A stretch of DNA of 64,000 nucleotides from the NCBI GenBank assembly GCA_002633005.1, contig NMRA01000669.1, forward strand, positions 16,396 through 80,395, given 5' to 3'. The position numbers and the translations under genes are program-made. How positions within the stretch are numbered: the first letter of the stretch is position 1; each line of letters begins with the position of its first letter. Of the stretch, positions 39,447 to 51,493 are shown one piece after another. A model generated the notes under the pieces. It had not been told where the DNA came from and ran no database searches. It was given only the letters and a program-made list of their open reading frames with translations. Source of the DNA: Phoronis australis. Lineage: Eukaryota > Animalia > Phoronida.

Positions 39447-40376
39447 TCATTGACAACTGGTATTAAATAGGAATTCTGAATGTTGTTGAATGTTGTTTTC
39501 GAAAAAAAACTTGACTTTTCCAAAGTCCATCATTGTCTTCACCGACTGAAACGTGTTTCCAGTGAAGAGCACACCACTGGACATGGTTAAGTGGACCTCC
39601 GGCATACCACGGACAGAGGAACAACTGTCCCACTTGCCAGAGTGTCCCGTGACACACTCCCACTGGATGGTGACCTGAGCACCCAAACTGCTTACATTGT
39701 GTCGTGTGACTCCCTCGCCACACACCTGGCACCTTCTAAATAGCTCCAACACTTTAGACAAGTCCACAATAAACTTATCAAAGTTTGGCTCACCGATCTG
39801 TTCACTGGACGACGAACTGTCCTCTTCACTGGGTGTCGAACTGGGCCTGTAATCACTCCCACTACTCAATATCGCTGCAGGGCTGCTTAGAGGCTCTGGG
39901 CTGGAGAAAACAGCACAGGGCGAATCACTACTGGTTCCAGGAATTGCACGCTCTGGGGTACGTTCGGAGGCACGGGTGACAGTAGATGAAGTGCCTCCAC
40001 TGGCTCCAGTCACTGTACTGGCCACAGCTCGCGAGGCTTCTCGCTTCAAAAACGCACTTCTCGGGGGTGGCGACGGGGCACTGCCGGGAATCAACACAGA
40101 CGGAATGGCATCCTTCTTCAAGCGTTGTTTCGCGGGGACCTTCATCAGTTCAGCGTACAAATCCCTTTCGTAATCGGACGGCAGAAAGTGCTTGCCACAC
40201 ACACGGTAATTCTCCACTGCTTTGTACGTTGCGTGGACGGGTAACGCTGCGTTCTTCACACGAACGAGCCAAGTACGGCGAAGTGTGTCATCCATCGGAA
40301 AGCGATGCAAAGGCACTCCCAAAGCGCGCGTGAGCCGATAATTACTACATCCCGGTACGCAGCAACAGTGTGGCAT
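39447..40376 (-). CDS. THAP-domain Kolobok transposase N-terminal part (frameshifted continuation to about 39300)
   Basis: MPHCCCVPGC..LHRFP..W..RVCGKHF..LKKDAIPS, then CQVCG..C.TGH..W.S; downstream frame DSPGRSAKYTTYTLME. Confidence 0.88.
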   Translation of the reverse strand: MPHCCCVPGCSNYRLTRALGVPLHRFPMDDTLRRTWLVRVKNAALPVHATYKAVENYRVCGKHFLPSDYERDLYAELMKVPAKQRLKKDAIPSVLIPGSAPSPPPRSAFLKREASRAVASTVTGASGGTSSTVTRASERTPERAIPGTSSDSPCAVFSSPEPLSSPAAILSSGSDYRPSSTPSEEDSSSSSEQIGEPNFDKFIVDLSKVLELFRRCQVCGEGVTRHNVSSLGAQVTIQWECVTGHSGKWDSCSSVRGMPEVHLTMSSGVLFTGNTFQSVKTMMDFGKVKFFFENNIQQHSEFLFNTSCQ

Positions 40377-40649
40377 GTTGACTGACTAGTAAATGAAAGC
40401 GAACGACGACGGAACTTAACACAACCGAGATAGAACAATGACTGACTCGGCAGCTCTCACAGTCAGACTATGTGAAAAGAAATTGGCGGGAAGCGCTTGC
40501 CTCCTAAAACGTCACTTCCGGAAAAGCGGACGAATAATTAATTAAATTACGAAAAGCTGTAATTAAGTGAAAAATATGTCTTGGATAACCAACCAACCTT
40601 ATTTTAGCTCAAAATGACATGGAAAAAGGTTGCCTTCGCCTTTAAGCAT

Positions 40650-41692
40650 GTGTACCAAGATATTCCATATCCCCCGCTCTCTCTTTTCCAGTGGCCATTT
40701 TTTGTCTTCTAGTCTGTTTTTCGCTTCTGTCCCTCTATCAACCAAACTACTCTAAGGATGATTATGAAAACTGGCATATAGGTTGTCACTATGAGGACAG
40801 CTGAGAATGATTTTCTGACGACTTCAAGTACTGTGGTGCCTGCTAGTGGCAATTTTGTTAGTTTTTGTGCCCATGGCTTTATCTCCTTAACGCTATGCAG
40901 GTTCTGTACTAAATTTAGGTAGTGTGTTTATATGAAGTCGACAACAAACTACGACGGCTTTCGGACGGATCGGACTGTCAGTGTGCCCCCTAGTGGCAAT
41001 TTTTATTTTAATATGTTTACCTCTTTATCTTTAAATGTCCGCAACGGATGTTCATGAATTTTTGCGCATGGGCATCGATTAGTGGTATGACACTAGTTCC
41101 AGCAATTTCATTTTTTCTCATTTGCCTCTGTTTCTTTGAAGTTCCTTGATGGATTTTTATGAAATTTCGTAAATAGCGTTCTATTAAAGAAGCGAGGACG
41201 TGTTCCCATTTTGTTATGAGTTCGACGTATTTTGCGCCATCTAGTGGCAATTTTTATTGTTTTCTTGTCTATTTTTGGCGTCTGCCTCTCTATGAACCCA
41301 ACAAACCACTCTAAGGATGTTTGTGAAAATTATCACATATGTTCTTAATGTGAAGAGGATGGTTGACGGTGTTTTTCTGATGATTTCACCTACTGTGGCA
41401 GTTTTGTTTTTTGCAGGCATAGCTGTGTTCTTCTAAAGCCACTGCAGGATCTTTATGAATTTTAGCAAGTGTATTTATATGAAGTCGACTACGGACGATG
41501 ATAATGACTTTCAGATGAATGTGACCAATGATGTGCCCCATGGTGACAATTTCGCTTTCTTTCTCTGTTTCTCTGAAGTTCCTTGACAGATTTTTATAAA
41601 ATTAGATAAATAGCTTTCGATTAAAGATCCTAGAAGCAATCCATTTGCGGAGCATTTGTGGGTGCATTTCAACGCTCTGCGTTGCTCTCGTT
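40650..41692 (+). repeat. Helentron/DINE-like non-autonomous repeat with degenerate internal repeats
   Basis: Repeated CTAGTGGCAATTTT, ACTCTAAGGATG and TTTATATGAAGTCGAC units; 3' end CAACGCTCTGCGTTG hairpin followed by CTCTCGTT. Confidence 0.5.
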
Positions 41693-42254
41693 CATTTTTA
41701 AAGGCCTCTAATATTGCAAATGCCTACAATTTTTCAAAACTTTGTTTGGTGATAGCAATGGTACAAAACTTGAAAATGAGAAAGCAATGGTTTGGGTATA
41801 CTAATGTTCTATGCGAAAAGCAGAAAATAAAATGTCATTTGTGTGCCATCTTGTGTCCTAAATTAGTGAGATTTCACCGTATCCAAATGTTGTATGACGG
41901 TTTCTTGACTATCATATGATTTTCGCTAACTTCTGTCGCGTACACAACGTATACCGTCCCGTCATATGACAAATGTGACAGGGGCTTAAGTCAGCTATAA
42001 TTTCACCTCATGGTTATTCGCTTAAAGGTATTTAGTGAGTCACGAATGATCAAGTTTCAACTATAATTTCTGATAAAAGATAGTAGCCCCTATGACACAG
42101 AGTGCCTTATGTAAATGTTCTTACATGAGGTGCCACAAATGTTCGTTGCGAATGTGCATATCACATTTTTAATATTAAATACTAACTGTTCAGAAGCATG
42201 GCTATATTTTTCCAGCCTTATATCTACTATAAGTACTTTTGTTATAGATGCTGA

Positions 42255-42910
42255 AATAAACAGTGACACTTGGTTCCTGGTGTACAGTGTATGGGAAAGC
42301 ATTCTATAACAACTAATCTACAACTGCCTTGATTGCTTTCGAAAAGCGGTAATGAAGTAAGCTGTGCCCTCGCGAGTTAGATGTGACCACGGTGCATTCA
42401 TGGAAATGTTCTGTGGTCTGGACGGAAAAAGTGAGCACACTCAGAGTATAGAAAGCCTGTGGCGAGATATGTGGCGTCATGGTTCTTTTTTTTAGAAGAG
42501 AAACGTATTTTGGATCCAGATGATCAACCGTCCTTCTGGTGCTTGCACTATGTGTTTTTATCCAAAATTAATCAATCATTGAAAGCCTTCCAAGGTCAAT
42601 GGAACCACTATGGTTTGTGAACAGATAAGGGATAGTCATCATACAAGCTGTTCGTTCAGCAAGTGCTGGCACCGCCGTACAGCAATCTCACTGCTGTACA
42701 AGAGCTGTTTGAAAAACATATCTACAAATGCTGAGCTACATACCCAAGAAGGAATAGCTCGAGATTGTTCTCCATGTCCCCTCTCAAGTAACAACCTATC
42801 TCCGCTTGACGAACTTGAATCTTCACTATACATTAGAGAAACTCACAGCTTAAAAGTGTATCAGAAAACACTGCGATTTGTAAAATCTATTACAAATTCA
42901 TATTCATAGG
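42255..42910 (+). pseudogene. IS3EU-like integrase-core transposase remnant
   Basis: FRKAV..VPSRVRCDHG..GKSEHTQSIESLWRDM..ILDPDD..WCLHYVFLSKINQSLKAFQGQWNHYGL, with stops and indels. Confidence 0.75.
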
Positions 42911-43373
42911 CGAGGTGCTTGTGTTAATTTACCAGTTAAAATGGTCTTTCACAAGCTAGCAACTTGTAATCTGTTATACTAGAGTTTCTGCATTGGGTGG
43001 GAAGGATTCATTAAGTTGTTAGTTTGTTCTGTCAATTCCTTCCTGTGTATGTTTGACGTTGTAATTTGTGGGATTCTACTCTCGACTGGCTTTCAATGTG
43101 ATTTTAAAGCCTTGATATTTCTGGTTATAACTGAATTGCTGTTCAAAGACCTGTGACTATGATAAAGTTTCTATTAGAAGCCTGGGCATTAATAAATTTC
43201 CGACATGATCTTGATTGGGTGTTTTTAATTACTAGGCCAAACCTACGATGACAAATAGAAAACATCCTCTTTATCAATCGTCCCGAAGGACGTGTCAGAA
43301 AAGGCCCGCCAGAAAGTGACGCTAGAGGCGTTCCATAGACCGTGTAGACCGTACGTATTCTAAACGATACCGC

Positions 43374-44390
43374 TTTTCAGCTAGAGGCCTGAACGGTCAT
43401 TTTTAATCGCCAGGCTCAGTTCTTTACCAGATGTCATGACGTAAACACCAGTATCATGCTGACTGAATATCTTAAAGTAAACACGCATGGACTCAAAACT
43501 GTAGTCAACATATAAAAATTCCATAGCAGCGATTTGCCCAAATCGTTCGTAAAAGTACACGTGATAATTTTTTCAACTTTAATAATGCGACTTTTACAAC
43601 CTAAATCGCTTGCATAATGCTGTCATTGTATGTTCCCCGTTATTTGCGGGGTGTGCGGCCATAAAGTGTTGTTTGATCTATCGTAAACTAAACCTGGTAA
43701 TATACATGTTCTTGGCCTATGAAATTAAATTGTATGCAAAAAAGCTAAGCTAGTATCATTTTTACCCTAGTTAAGAAATACCAGGAAAACCCACTGATGT
43801 AGTTGGGTTCTCGTTATTCTAACTCTTTTGACCGTGAAAGATCAGTATTGACCTGCTAGTCATGTGATTCAACGCCGTTGTCATCTGGAGATGTAACCAA
43901 ACGGGAGGTTTTTGCCAACAGACACTGCAAGTCGGAGTTGTGAGGAACGTTGCTAATATAGCATAGGCTGGTAGTGTACGACTCAGACCCCAAGCAATAT
44001 TTCTGACACCGTGTGCTGGGCTACGTAGCGCATACCCGAAGGCTTTAGCTCAGTTGAAGTCACGTGCTTTTAGTGCGGGCGGAGAGAAATCTTCGAACAG
44101 TGAATTCTATCCCATTATTTGAGAATTCAAGCACCCTCGCCAACTAAACGTTTCGTGACTTGATTCATTACAGCTCAACTCCCGTTTTGACCGTGCGCCG
44201 GTATTCCTAACGTGCAATTTTCAGCTAGAGTCTTGATAGAGTTGAGGTCATGTTTTAGTCGACAGGCTCGGTCCTTTGTCCGACGTCACGACATAAACGG
44301 CAGTATAATGCTGAATGGATACATTCACGCACGGACTCAAAACTGTTATCAACAAATAAAATCCCATCGCAGCGAGTTGCCCAACCTTAA
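43374..44390 (+). repeat. Two diverged direct repeats of about 170 bp (43374-43545, 44217-44385)
   Basis: TTTTCAGCTAGAG..CAGGCTC..CACGCA.GGACTCAAAACTGT..GCAGCGA.TTGCCCAA in both. Confidence 0.7.
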
Positions 44391-44934
44391 TCGCATTTTT
44401 GGAAAGAAGGATTCTACACTAACTTCACGAGGAGCTCAATTCCAGTAGCCTAATACGTTAAAAATGATCAGTTTTTGTCCTGGTTATTTCAGTTCACTTC
44501 AGCCAGTAATTTATTGACGGAAGACATCACTAATGCAATAATTGCCTTGTATAACACACATGAGCTTAGGTGAACTTTCGTGCTATCAAGAGTGGACGAC
44601 GACTCCGGTTTTTCTTGTTGATGTAGAGAAGCAATGTCCAACATCAAGATACCGCTGAACGGCCCGAAGTCCTCAGATATGATTCTGCCAGGTAACTTAT
44701 AAGGTGTCGGGTATCAGTCAAAGAGTATATTGCGAAACATTCTGCGCTCATTACCAAGATTTTGCGTAGGTTTTCTTGTCAAAAATTTGCCTTTTAATTG
44801 GTCTATGGAACGCTCTTTTAGCTTGACATGCAGTTTTGTCAGACAAACTTTCAGAGACTTTCGGAATGTTTTGCCTTCACATTTCTTACGTAGCATAATA
44901 TTTGAATTATAAAAGAACTTCTGTATGTTGTATT

Positions 44935-47900
44935 TAGTCTAGACGCATATTTTAGTAAAAGTTGGGAACAAGACTTTTTCACACAATCAAGGCATGGCGA
45001 ATTCAACCAACCCTGTTCCCAAGCCGAATTTTGCATTTTTGACCATCTAATTAGCATAAACAAAATGGCGGCCAAATTGTCAAGTTAAGATGTATTTTTG
45101 CAATAGAAATCACAATATACCATTTAAAATGGTGAAAAGTCTCACCTGTACACTTCTTGTAAATACTTCTTGAGCAATAGATCACTTATGAAAACTAAAA
45201 AATGCATTTCTAAAAACTAATTATGCAAATTAGGTGCCGCCATTACCATACAATGTAATTTGAGTCTTAAGTTTGTGCTCCTGCAGGCTAACTTGAAAAA
45301 TGAGGTGTTAATACTTATATTTTCATGGTCAACAAACATGCTAAAGACATTTTTGGAGCAATTTATTTCATATTTATTGGGTTATAAATGTATACTTACA
45401 GAATGTGGAAAAAATAGTCGTTAATCTGCAATGCTCGTTAAGCAAGGTGACACTATTTTGACGGAATATACAAATGTTCACATTATCCCGTTATCTTCCA
45501 TTCATAAAAAACAATTTAGTTATTGTTATTGATGACATTAGATTCTCTGTTGCATGAATTGTTTTCAGGCATGTTGAACACAGTTTTAGCGTTCCCTTTT
45601 TGGTACTTTTTAACATGCCTGAAGCCAGGCATATCAAACTGTTTGCATGCAAGGAATCTGATCATGAATGTGCTGCTGGTATGTGCATAATGACATACAT
45701 CGAAATCCAGATTTCTTTCATCTGCATTATCTACTGTTGCGTTGTTTCTGACATGCACACAATACCATCTCTAGGCAGCTATCCGGGATTTTACTCTGTG
45801 TCATCAACATGGGCTGCAAGCATAAGTTTGTGTGTGTGTCCCTCCCATATCAGGAGGGTGCTGGGAGCTCAGGTATGGAGCAATGATCATTTTGCCACAC
45901 CTTGACCTGATAGTGCACTATCATCAGATGGAAACGGCAGGCAATATGCGTTGGGGGGAAGGACTTCTGGGTTCATGGGCTTGGAGAATAGTAAATGGCG
46001 TGCTACATCTACAGGTCTGTTCTGGTCGTGTTGTATATTCTGCAGACAAATACTTCTGAAGCCATCGTAATTTTCTCAGTGAGTTCACCAATGCAGAGGT
46101 TCTTAAGCAATCTGTGATGGTCTAGGAACAGCTTCCATGATGATTGTTTCATGTGATTGGCAAAGTACGAGTTGGTGCCAAACCCGGTGACGGCATGAAA
46201 AGCAAACAAGGATGTTGCTGAGTCTCGTAGTAGTTTGTTGAAAAGTGCTTCAATAGGTATATATGACATCAGTCAGATATGCTCACATTGCATTTGTTGG
46301 AAGTGCGATACCAGAAGCAGTAGAACATCGGGTGTCCCTGGAAAACACGGCTGACTGTGGACAGCATGCAGTACCAGTCTTGCATCTGCTTCGTCATGTG
46401 TGAATTTCAGAGTCCTCAAATCAGTCATATCCTTAGATGATTTGACTTCCAGCTCATCTTTGAACCTCCTGCAACCATAACCTCTTTATCTTCAGGTGTC
46501 TACAAACACAGTTCCTCTGACAAGAAATGTGCTAGGTCTGCTTTATTCTCAGCCGAAAATTTGACCAGTTTTGAGGAAGAGGTACATCACGGCCTTCCAA
46601 AAATCACCTGATTTGCCGTGTTCCTTTACTGCGCTGTTTTCTTGTTGTGTCCTTCATTGTTTCTTGTCTGTATCTGTCAAATACAATATCAATTTTATGA
46701 TATCGAAATCCTGTTTTTAGCACTGTTTTCATGAATGCATCAGCCAGATTTTCGAAGGTCACATCACCATCAGGCTTCCCAAGAGTTACCAGCAATGCTT
46801 CAATATCAATAATGAGGCAAGCGGACGTGTCATGAAGCTGAATTGTTTCAGGACAGTCGATGTGGTAGCTATTAATACTTCGACAAGTGAAGATTTATAT
46901 CCAGTGCGCAATGTGCCACTCGTTTCTGCAAGACAACATGGACTGGAAGAAGCTCGCCTTTGAGCACAGACGCCAAATCAACTGGCCGACCCGCCTCATA
47001 AGCCGTAGCTAGACAGCCAAGTACATCTCTGTCTGCCTTAAGAACTATTTTCTTATCTTTATCTTTATCTTTGGTTTGTTTCACCACATCATATAAGTTG
47101 GCAAATGTTGGGGCATTATTTTTGCGCATAGGTGCATGAATTGACATGTCTGAATTATCGCATTGCTCAATGATAATCTGTCTTGAACAAATTTCTTAAT
47201 TTTTTTGTGTCCAAGTTCCTTGGTATGCAAAAGTGACTCTTGGATTGGTGCTGTTGCTCTAGGTCTTTTGTTGAAAGGGTTTGTAGCAGCTAAGGCCTTA
47301 CGGACGAGAAGACCTTCAATTCATGGAAAGTGTAAAAAAGGGAACTCTCGACATTATTTTCGCACAGTTTCCTGGCTTTCGTGGCTTCGTTGTGAAACTA
47401 TGTACTCCCACAGCGGTAAGTTTGTTCAGCTATATGATATCTCAGATGCAATGAGAGTGTCCACCTCCATAGAGCTGACGTGGTTTTGGTATTACCGATG
47501 ATGCCACCTCCGTTTTGCCTGTCCCATTTACCCATTGGTCAGAACCTACCTGACAGAGCATATGAGGAGATCGCTTGACTATAAAATTTCCTGATTGAAC
47601 GTCTGACCAAACAGACTGTGGAAGCTGATGCATCTCGACTAAAAAGACCGCACCCCACTCGGGCATAATTCGGCGGGGCAGCATGAGAGTAAATGCCAAA
47701 TAGAGATGCAGTTCCAAAAATGCCATCCCGTTGAGAGCATGTGTACTTTAACAGTATTGGAACCATGTCCTTGTAACTCTACCAGAAGCTGAAATTCACA
47801 TCATCAGACCTAATGTTGACAAAATGCCCAGGAGTTTCCTGAACTTATCCTGACTGAGAAATGTTATCAATTCCGGAATTTTCTGTGGATCATCATCTGC

Positions 47901-48898
47901 AGACATACTGGAAATACAAGCATGACAGTCGCTTCAGCAATGAATGAGAGAAGGATTGGCACCAGGAGATTCCACAGAGCTTGCAAAGACAGTTTGTGTG
48001 CCCTCATACTGTAGCTTTGCTGTACGACTTTCCACTGAGGACCAGTTCCATAGGTCGTGACCAAGTACTGCACTCTCTATACACACCTCAGCTATTCCGG
48101 AATCATTCTTGTGATCTTCTGTGGCCTACACGAAGAACCACTAAACGAGGTACTCTATTAACATATTTTGGTATTCTGGGACCGACCACGTAAGCTCCAT
48201 TAATCTGCAGCAGAGTGCTTGGTCGACTTTGAGGACGGTATGTTCCTGTCCAAAATGGGACGTTATGGCCATGCATCTCTTTACAACAGTATCTAAAAGT
48301 CATGTTGTTATGTTTACAATACTTTTATGTCTTATGTAAATAGTGAGATGTTCGCAAAAAAGCATTGATAATTATGATTTCTAGTTTAATTTTCAGGCTT
48401 TATTAATGAGCATAAATTGTAACTTAGTGAAGATGAAATAAAAAGCTTCACATGTGTCATAATGATTTTTCTAGACCTTCAAAACATAGGTATAGACACT
48501 TTATTTGTCATGTTTGCCTGCAAATTGATAAAGTTACACCAATATTTGAATTTTTCGGTAATGGCGGAAGCTAATTAGCATACTTGGGGAATTTAATGAC
48601 GTTCATTAATATGTTCTCAAAATTAAGTGATCTAAACACACTTATACTATGTTTTTGTAGCACAAATTTCCTAATTATTCGTCACATATTGTACTCCTGG
48701 TCCCACGAATGTTTCTGATCTTGTTGATTTGGCGGCCATTTTGTTTATGCAAATTAAATGGTCAAAAACTCAAAATCCAGCTTGGGAACAGGCATAATCG
48801 AAATCAGCACACCATAATTATGCTAAAAAGTTAGGTTCTCCACTTTTACTAAAAAAATGCCTCTAACATGCACATTTTTCAGAAATGCGTCTAGACTA
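44935..48898 (-). mobile_element. Academ DNA transposon with degraded transposase
   Basis: TAGTCTAGACGCAT TIRs extending imperfectly for several hundred bp; ATT 3-bp TSD; minus-strand motifs IDIVFDRY, HDEAD, LFAFHAVTG. Confidence 0.85.
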
Positions 48899-51051
48899 AT
48901 TCCCGTAAGCTGTACGGTGAAATATTCAGATTCCAAAGCGACAGAAACCTGCCATTTATATTATGTCATTAAATCCACAACATAGAATCCTTTGCGTGTT
49001 CTTCGATTCCATGTAGTATGGAGATTATTTCTTTTCAGTTGTCTCCATTATAATGGAGGCGCTCGGCGGACTCACAAAGTCAGAAAGGGCACTTGACTAA
49101 ATTCTGACGTTGTTTGTTCAAAAATTTAAATTGCCTGAAGTAAGTGTTGAAATTATAGATTTTTCGCTATGTATTGCGGACGGACTACTATTATTTTGTA
49201 AGGCTGTTTTTTGTAAGTCGGCATTTTCATTCGGGCGAGTATTTTGATAGTTCCGCATTGTGTCGCGTATTCACTTTTCATCTGCAAAATCTCGTTAATC
49301 TTTAATATGGCGCAGTCACTCAGAAGATTATTTTATCCTTTTTTGAAGTAAACCGTCGAATTCACATGCGCGCACCCAGCCTAAATCATAGGGGGGGGGG
49401 TCGAATTTTTCGATATGGGGACCTTTTACTGAAAGAAATAAACGAGGACTAAAAAAACGGGGCCACTTGATTCAGGCCCACGAAATGTGCATCCGCGCCG
49501 ACTTCCCGTGGATTTTGTGGACATTTGTCTCGCTTACTAGGACTTTTTGTTTCACTGAGGCGGACCTTTTGCCCCCCCCCCCCCCCCGTCCTGGGCGCGC
49601 CCATGATTCAGGTGATTCAAGTCTCTATGTAACCGTAGTTAGGGTGACTTTGATGTAAGTCGGGTAAAACCGCTCTACTACCACGATTTTTCCAGTTGGT
49701 GACAGTTTATTAAAAAAGTTGCCAAGGCTTTTCATATTTTCCGAATCAATGTAAAACTTGCAGAATATATCCGACGCGTTGTTTTTATTGTGGCATCTTG
49801 CTGAGTTACAGTTATCAGAGGACAGTTTCATAGCCGGAAGACAACGACCCGTTGGCGTCTTTCTTTCCTCACGAAAACAACATTTTTTTCATAAGGACTT
49901 GCATATCTTTTTCACAGCATTTTCTAATGCGAAATATATTTCCTTTCTTACATGTTGCTAGTAAACGATTCAACATTACTGTTGCGTTATGTATGTCACT
50001 GAATGAAACAGCAACCGACATGCAACTCGACACAGAGGTGTGCACATTTGGGGCTCAGGCAATTCAGAATATAGGATACAATAAAACCTTTATCTTCTGA
50101 AACAGGTCCAAACACATTTTGTGAAGCTGTGTTTACTTTCCCAAGCCAACTGGCACAGTTATATGACTACGATGCAGGGTTCACAGAGAACTGCTTTCAC
50201 TGGCCTTGCAGCTTCGAAAGTCCTACTGTGTGTGAAGGACACCCATGCTTTACACTTACCGTCCGCAAAATTCTAAGCCACTATGGGAACTAGTTACCCC
50301 TCTAAACCCAAGTCCATACAAAGACCATTATGATAATAAAGACGACGTTTGCAAATCACTGAAAGAACATTATATTTTCAGTTACAGACAGGGTAGCTTA
50401 TCAACCCCTTGCCCCCGGGTAGAGAACACTTGTTGCGCAAAGAGCCCCTACCATTTTGTCAACTCACATTCACCTCGCACTGGACTGCGGGCGTTGTAAT
50501 GCAAGTAGGTCTTGCGTTGCGTGGTAATGTTTTCAAGCGTGTGGTAACGTGTAACAGGCCTAGGGAAGCAACGAATTTAGTGATACAGTGAGAGAACTTG
50601 TCAGGATTTCTTCCGAATGCTTATGACTAAACAAATGTATCATTTGATCTCAGTGCTGAAGCCAAAATATATTTACAATATGTCGTAATATATTGTTATT
50701 TGAACAAAGAGTGTTATGTGCACATCGAAAATGTGTTGCTAAGCCTCCGATTCATTGAAAAATAGCTGCTCATTTTTTCCGTCACCCATAAATATCTTGC
50801 ATGCTCTGCCCTGCAATCTTCTCTAAAGTCAATCGAAACTTAAATGAACATAGGATGATGGGTCATTTCAAGTACGTACTCTCCACACTAGCTGCTTCTT
50901 TGATTCACCGCCTTGCCACAGGGGCTGAATATTTGGTCAAGTTGCTTTTTTAAACGATCAGTCCAGAGCAGCAGAACGAATTGACAAAACTAAATATTGC
51001 TTCTTAGGTCACAATTCGCAGTCTCTAAAGTTGCTTATGGCGATGTCGTCT

Positions 51052-51262
51052 TCATTTGTTCTTCGAGGTCACGTTAGAGGCAATCTTGGTCGCACATGCA
51101 GCACAAATAACCACGGTACCCACCGCCACTCCACCGGCAATCACTAAGGCCGCTGCTCCTAAAAAGAAAATGGTAGAAACGTGTTTGAACCACGCCAAAT
51201 CTTGTATTGGCATCCTGTTTTTTAAAATTTGCTCACCTACCTAACTTAAAGATAGTCTTCAT
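51052..51262 (-). CDS. Candidate spliced 42-aa hydrophobic micropeptide, join(51241-51262, 51052-51158)
   Basis: AAAATGAAG start, GTAGGT donor, 82-bp intron, TTTCTTTTTAG acceptor, matching phase 1; MKTIFKLGAAALVIAGGVAVGTVVICAACATKIASNVTSKNK*. Confidence 0.5.
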
Positions 51263-51493
51263 TTTGCTCGTACAGCTATAGGAATGAGTTGTAATTTACA
51301 ATCTAGTGTATACTGTAATTGTCTTCTGTTGCTATATTTTTTCCATTTCTGTTCATAACAACTGAGATGAAGTTTCCTTTCATTTGACATCAAGTATGTT
51401 TGAATAACGTGGCTATTGAGATTCGAAGATTTTCACTGAAGCGAACCAGAAAGGATATCTTTTAAAAACGTTTTAAATTTGGGGTTGCAAAAC

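Larger units (their letters stand above)
38701..40641. mobile_element. Kolobok DNA transposon, internal-deletion derivative
   Basis: TTAA TSD; near-perfect TIRs of about 157 bp starting AGGCGAAGGCAACC; two convergent truncated genes. Confidence 0.9.
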
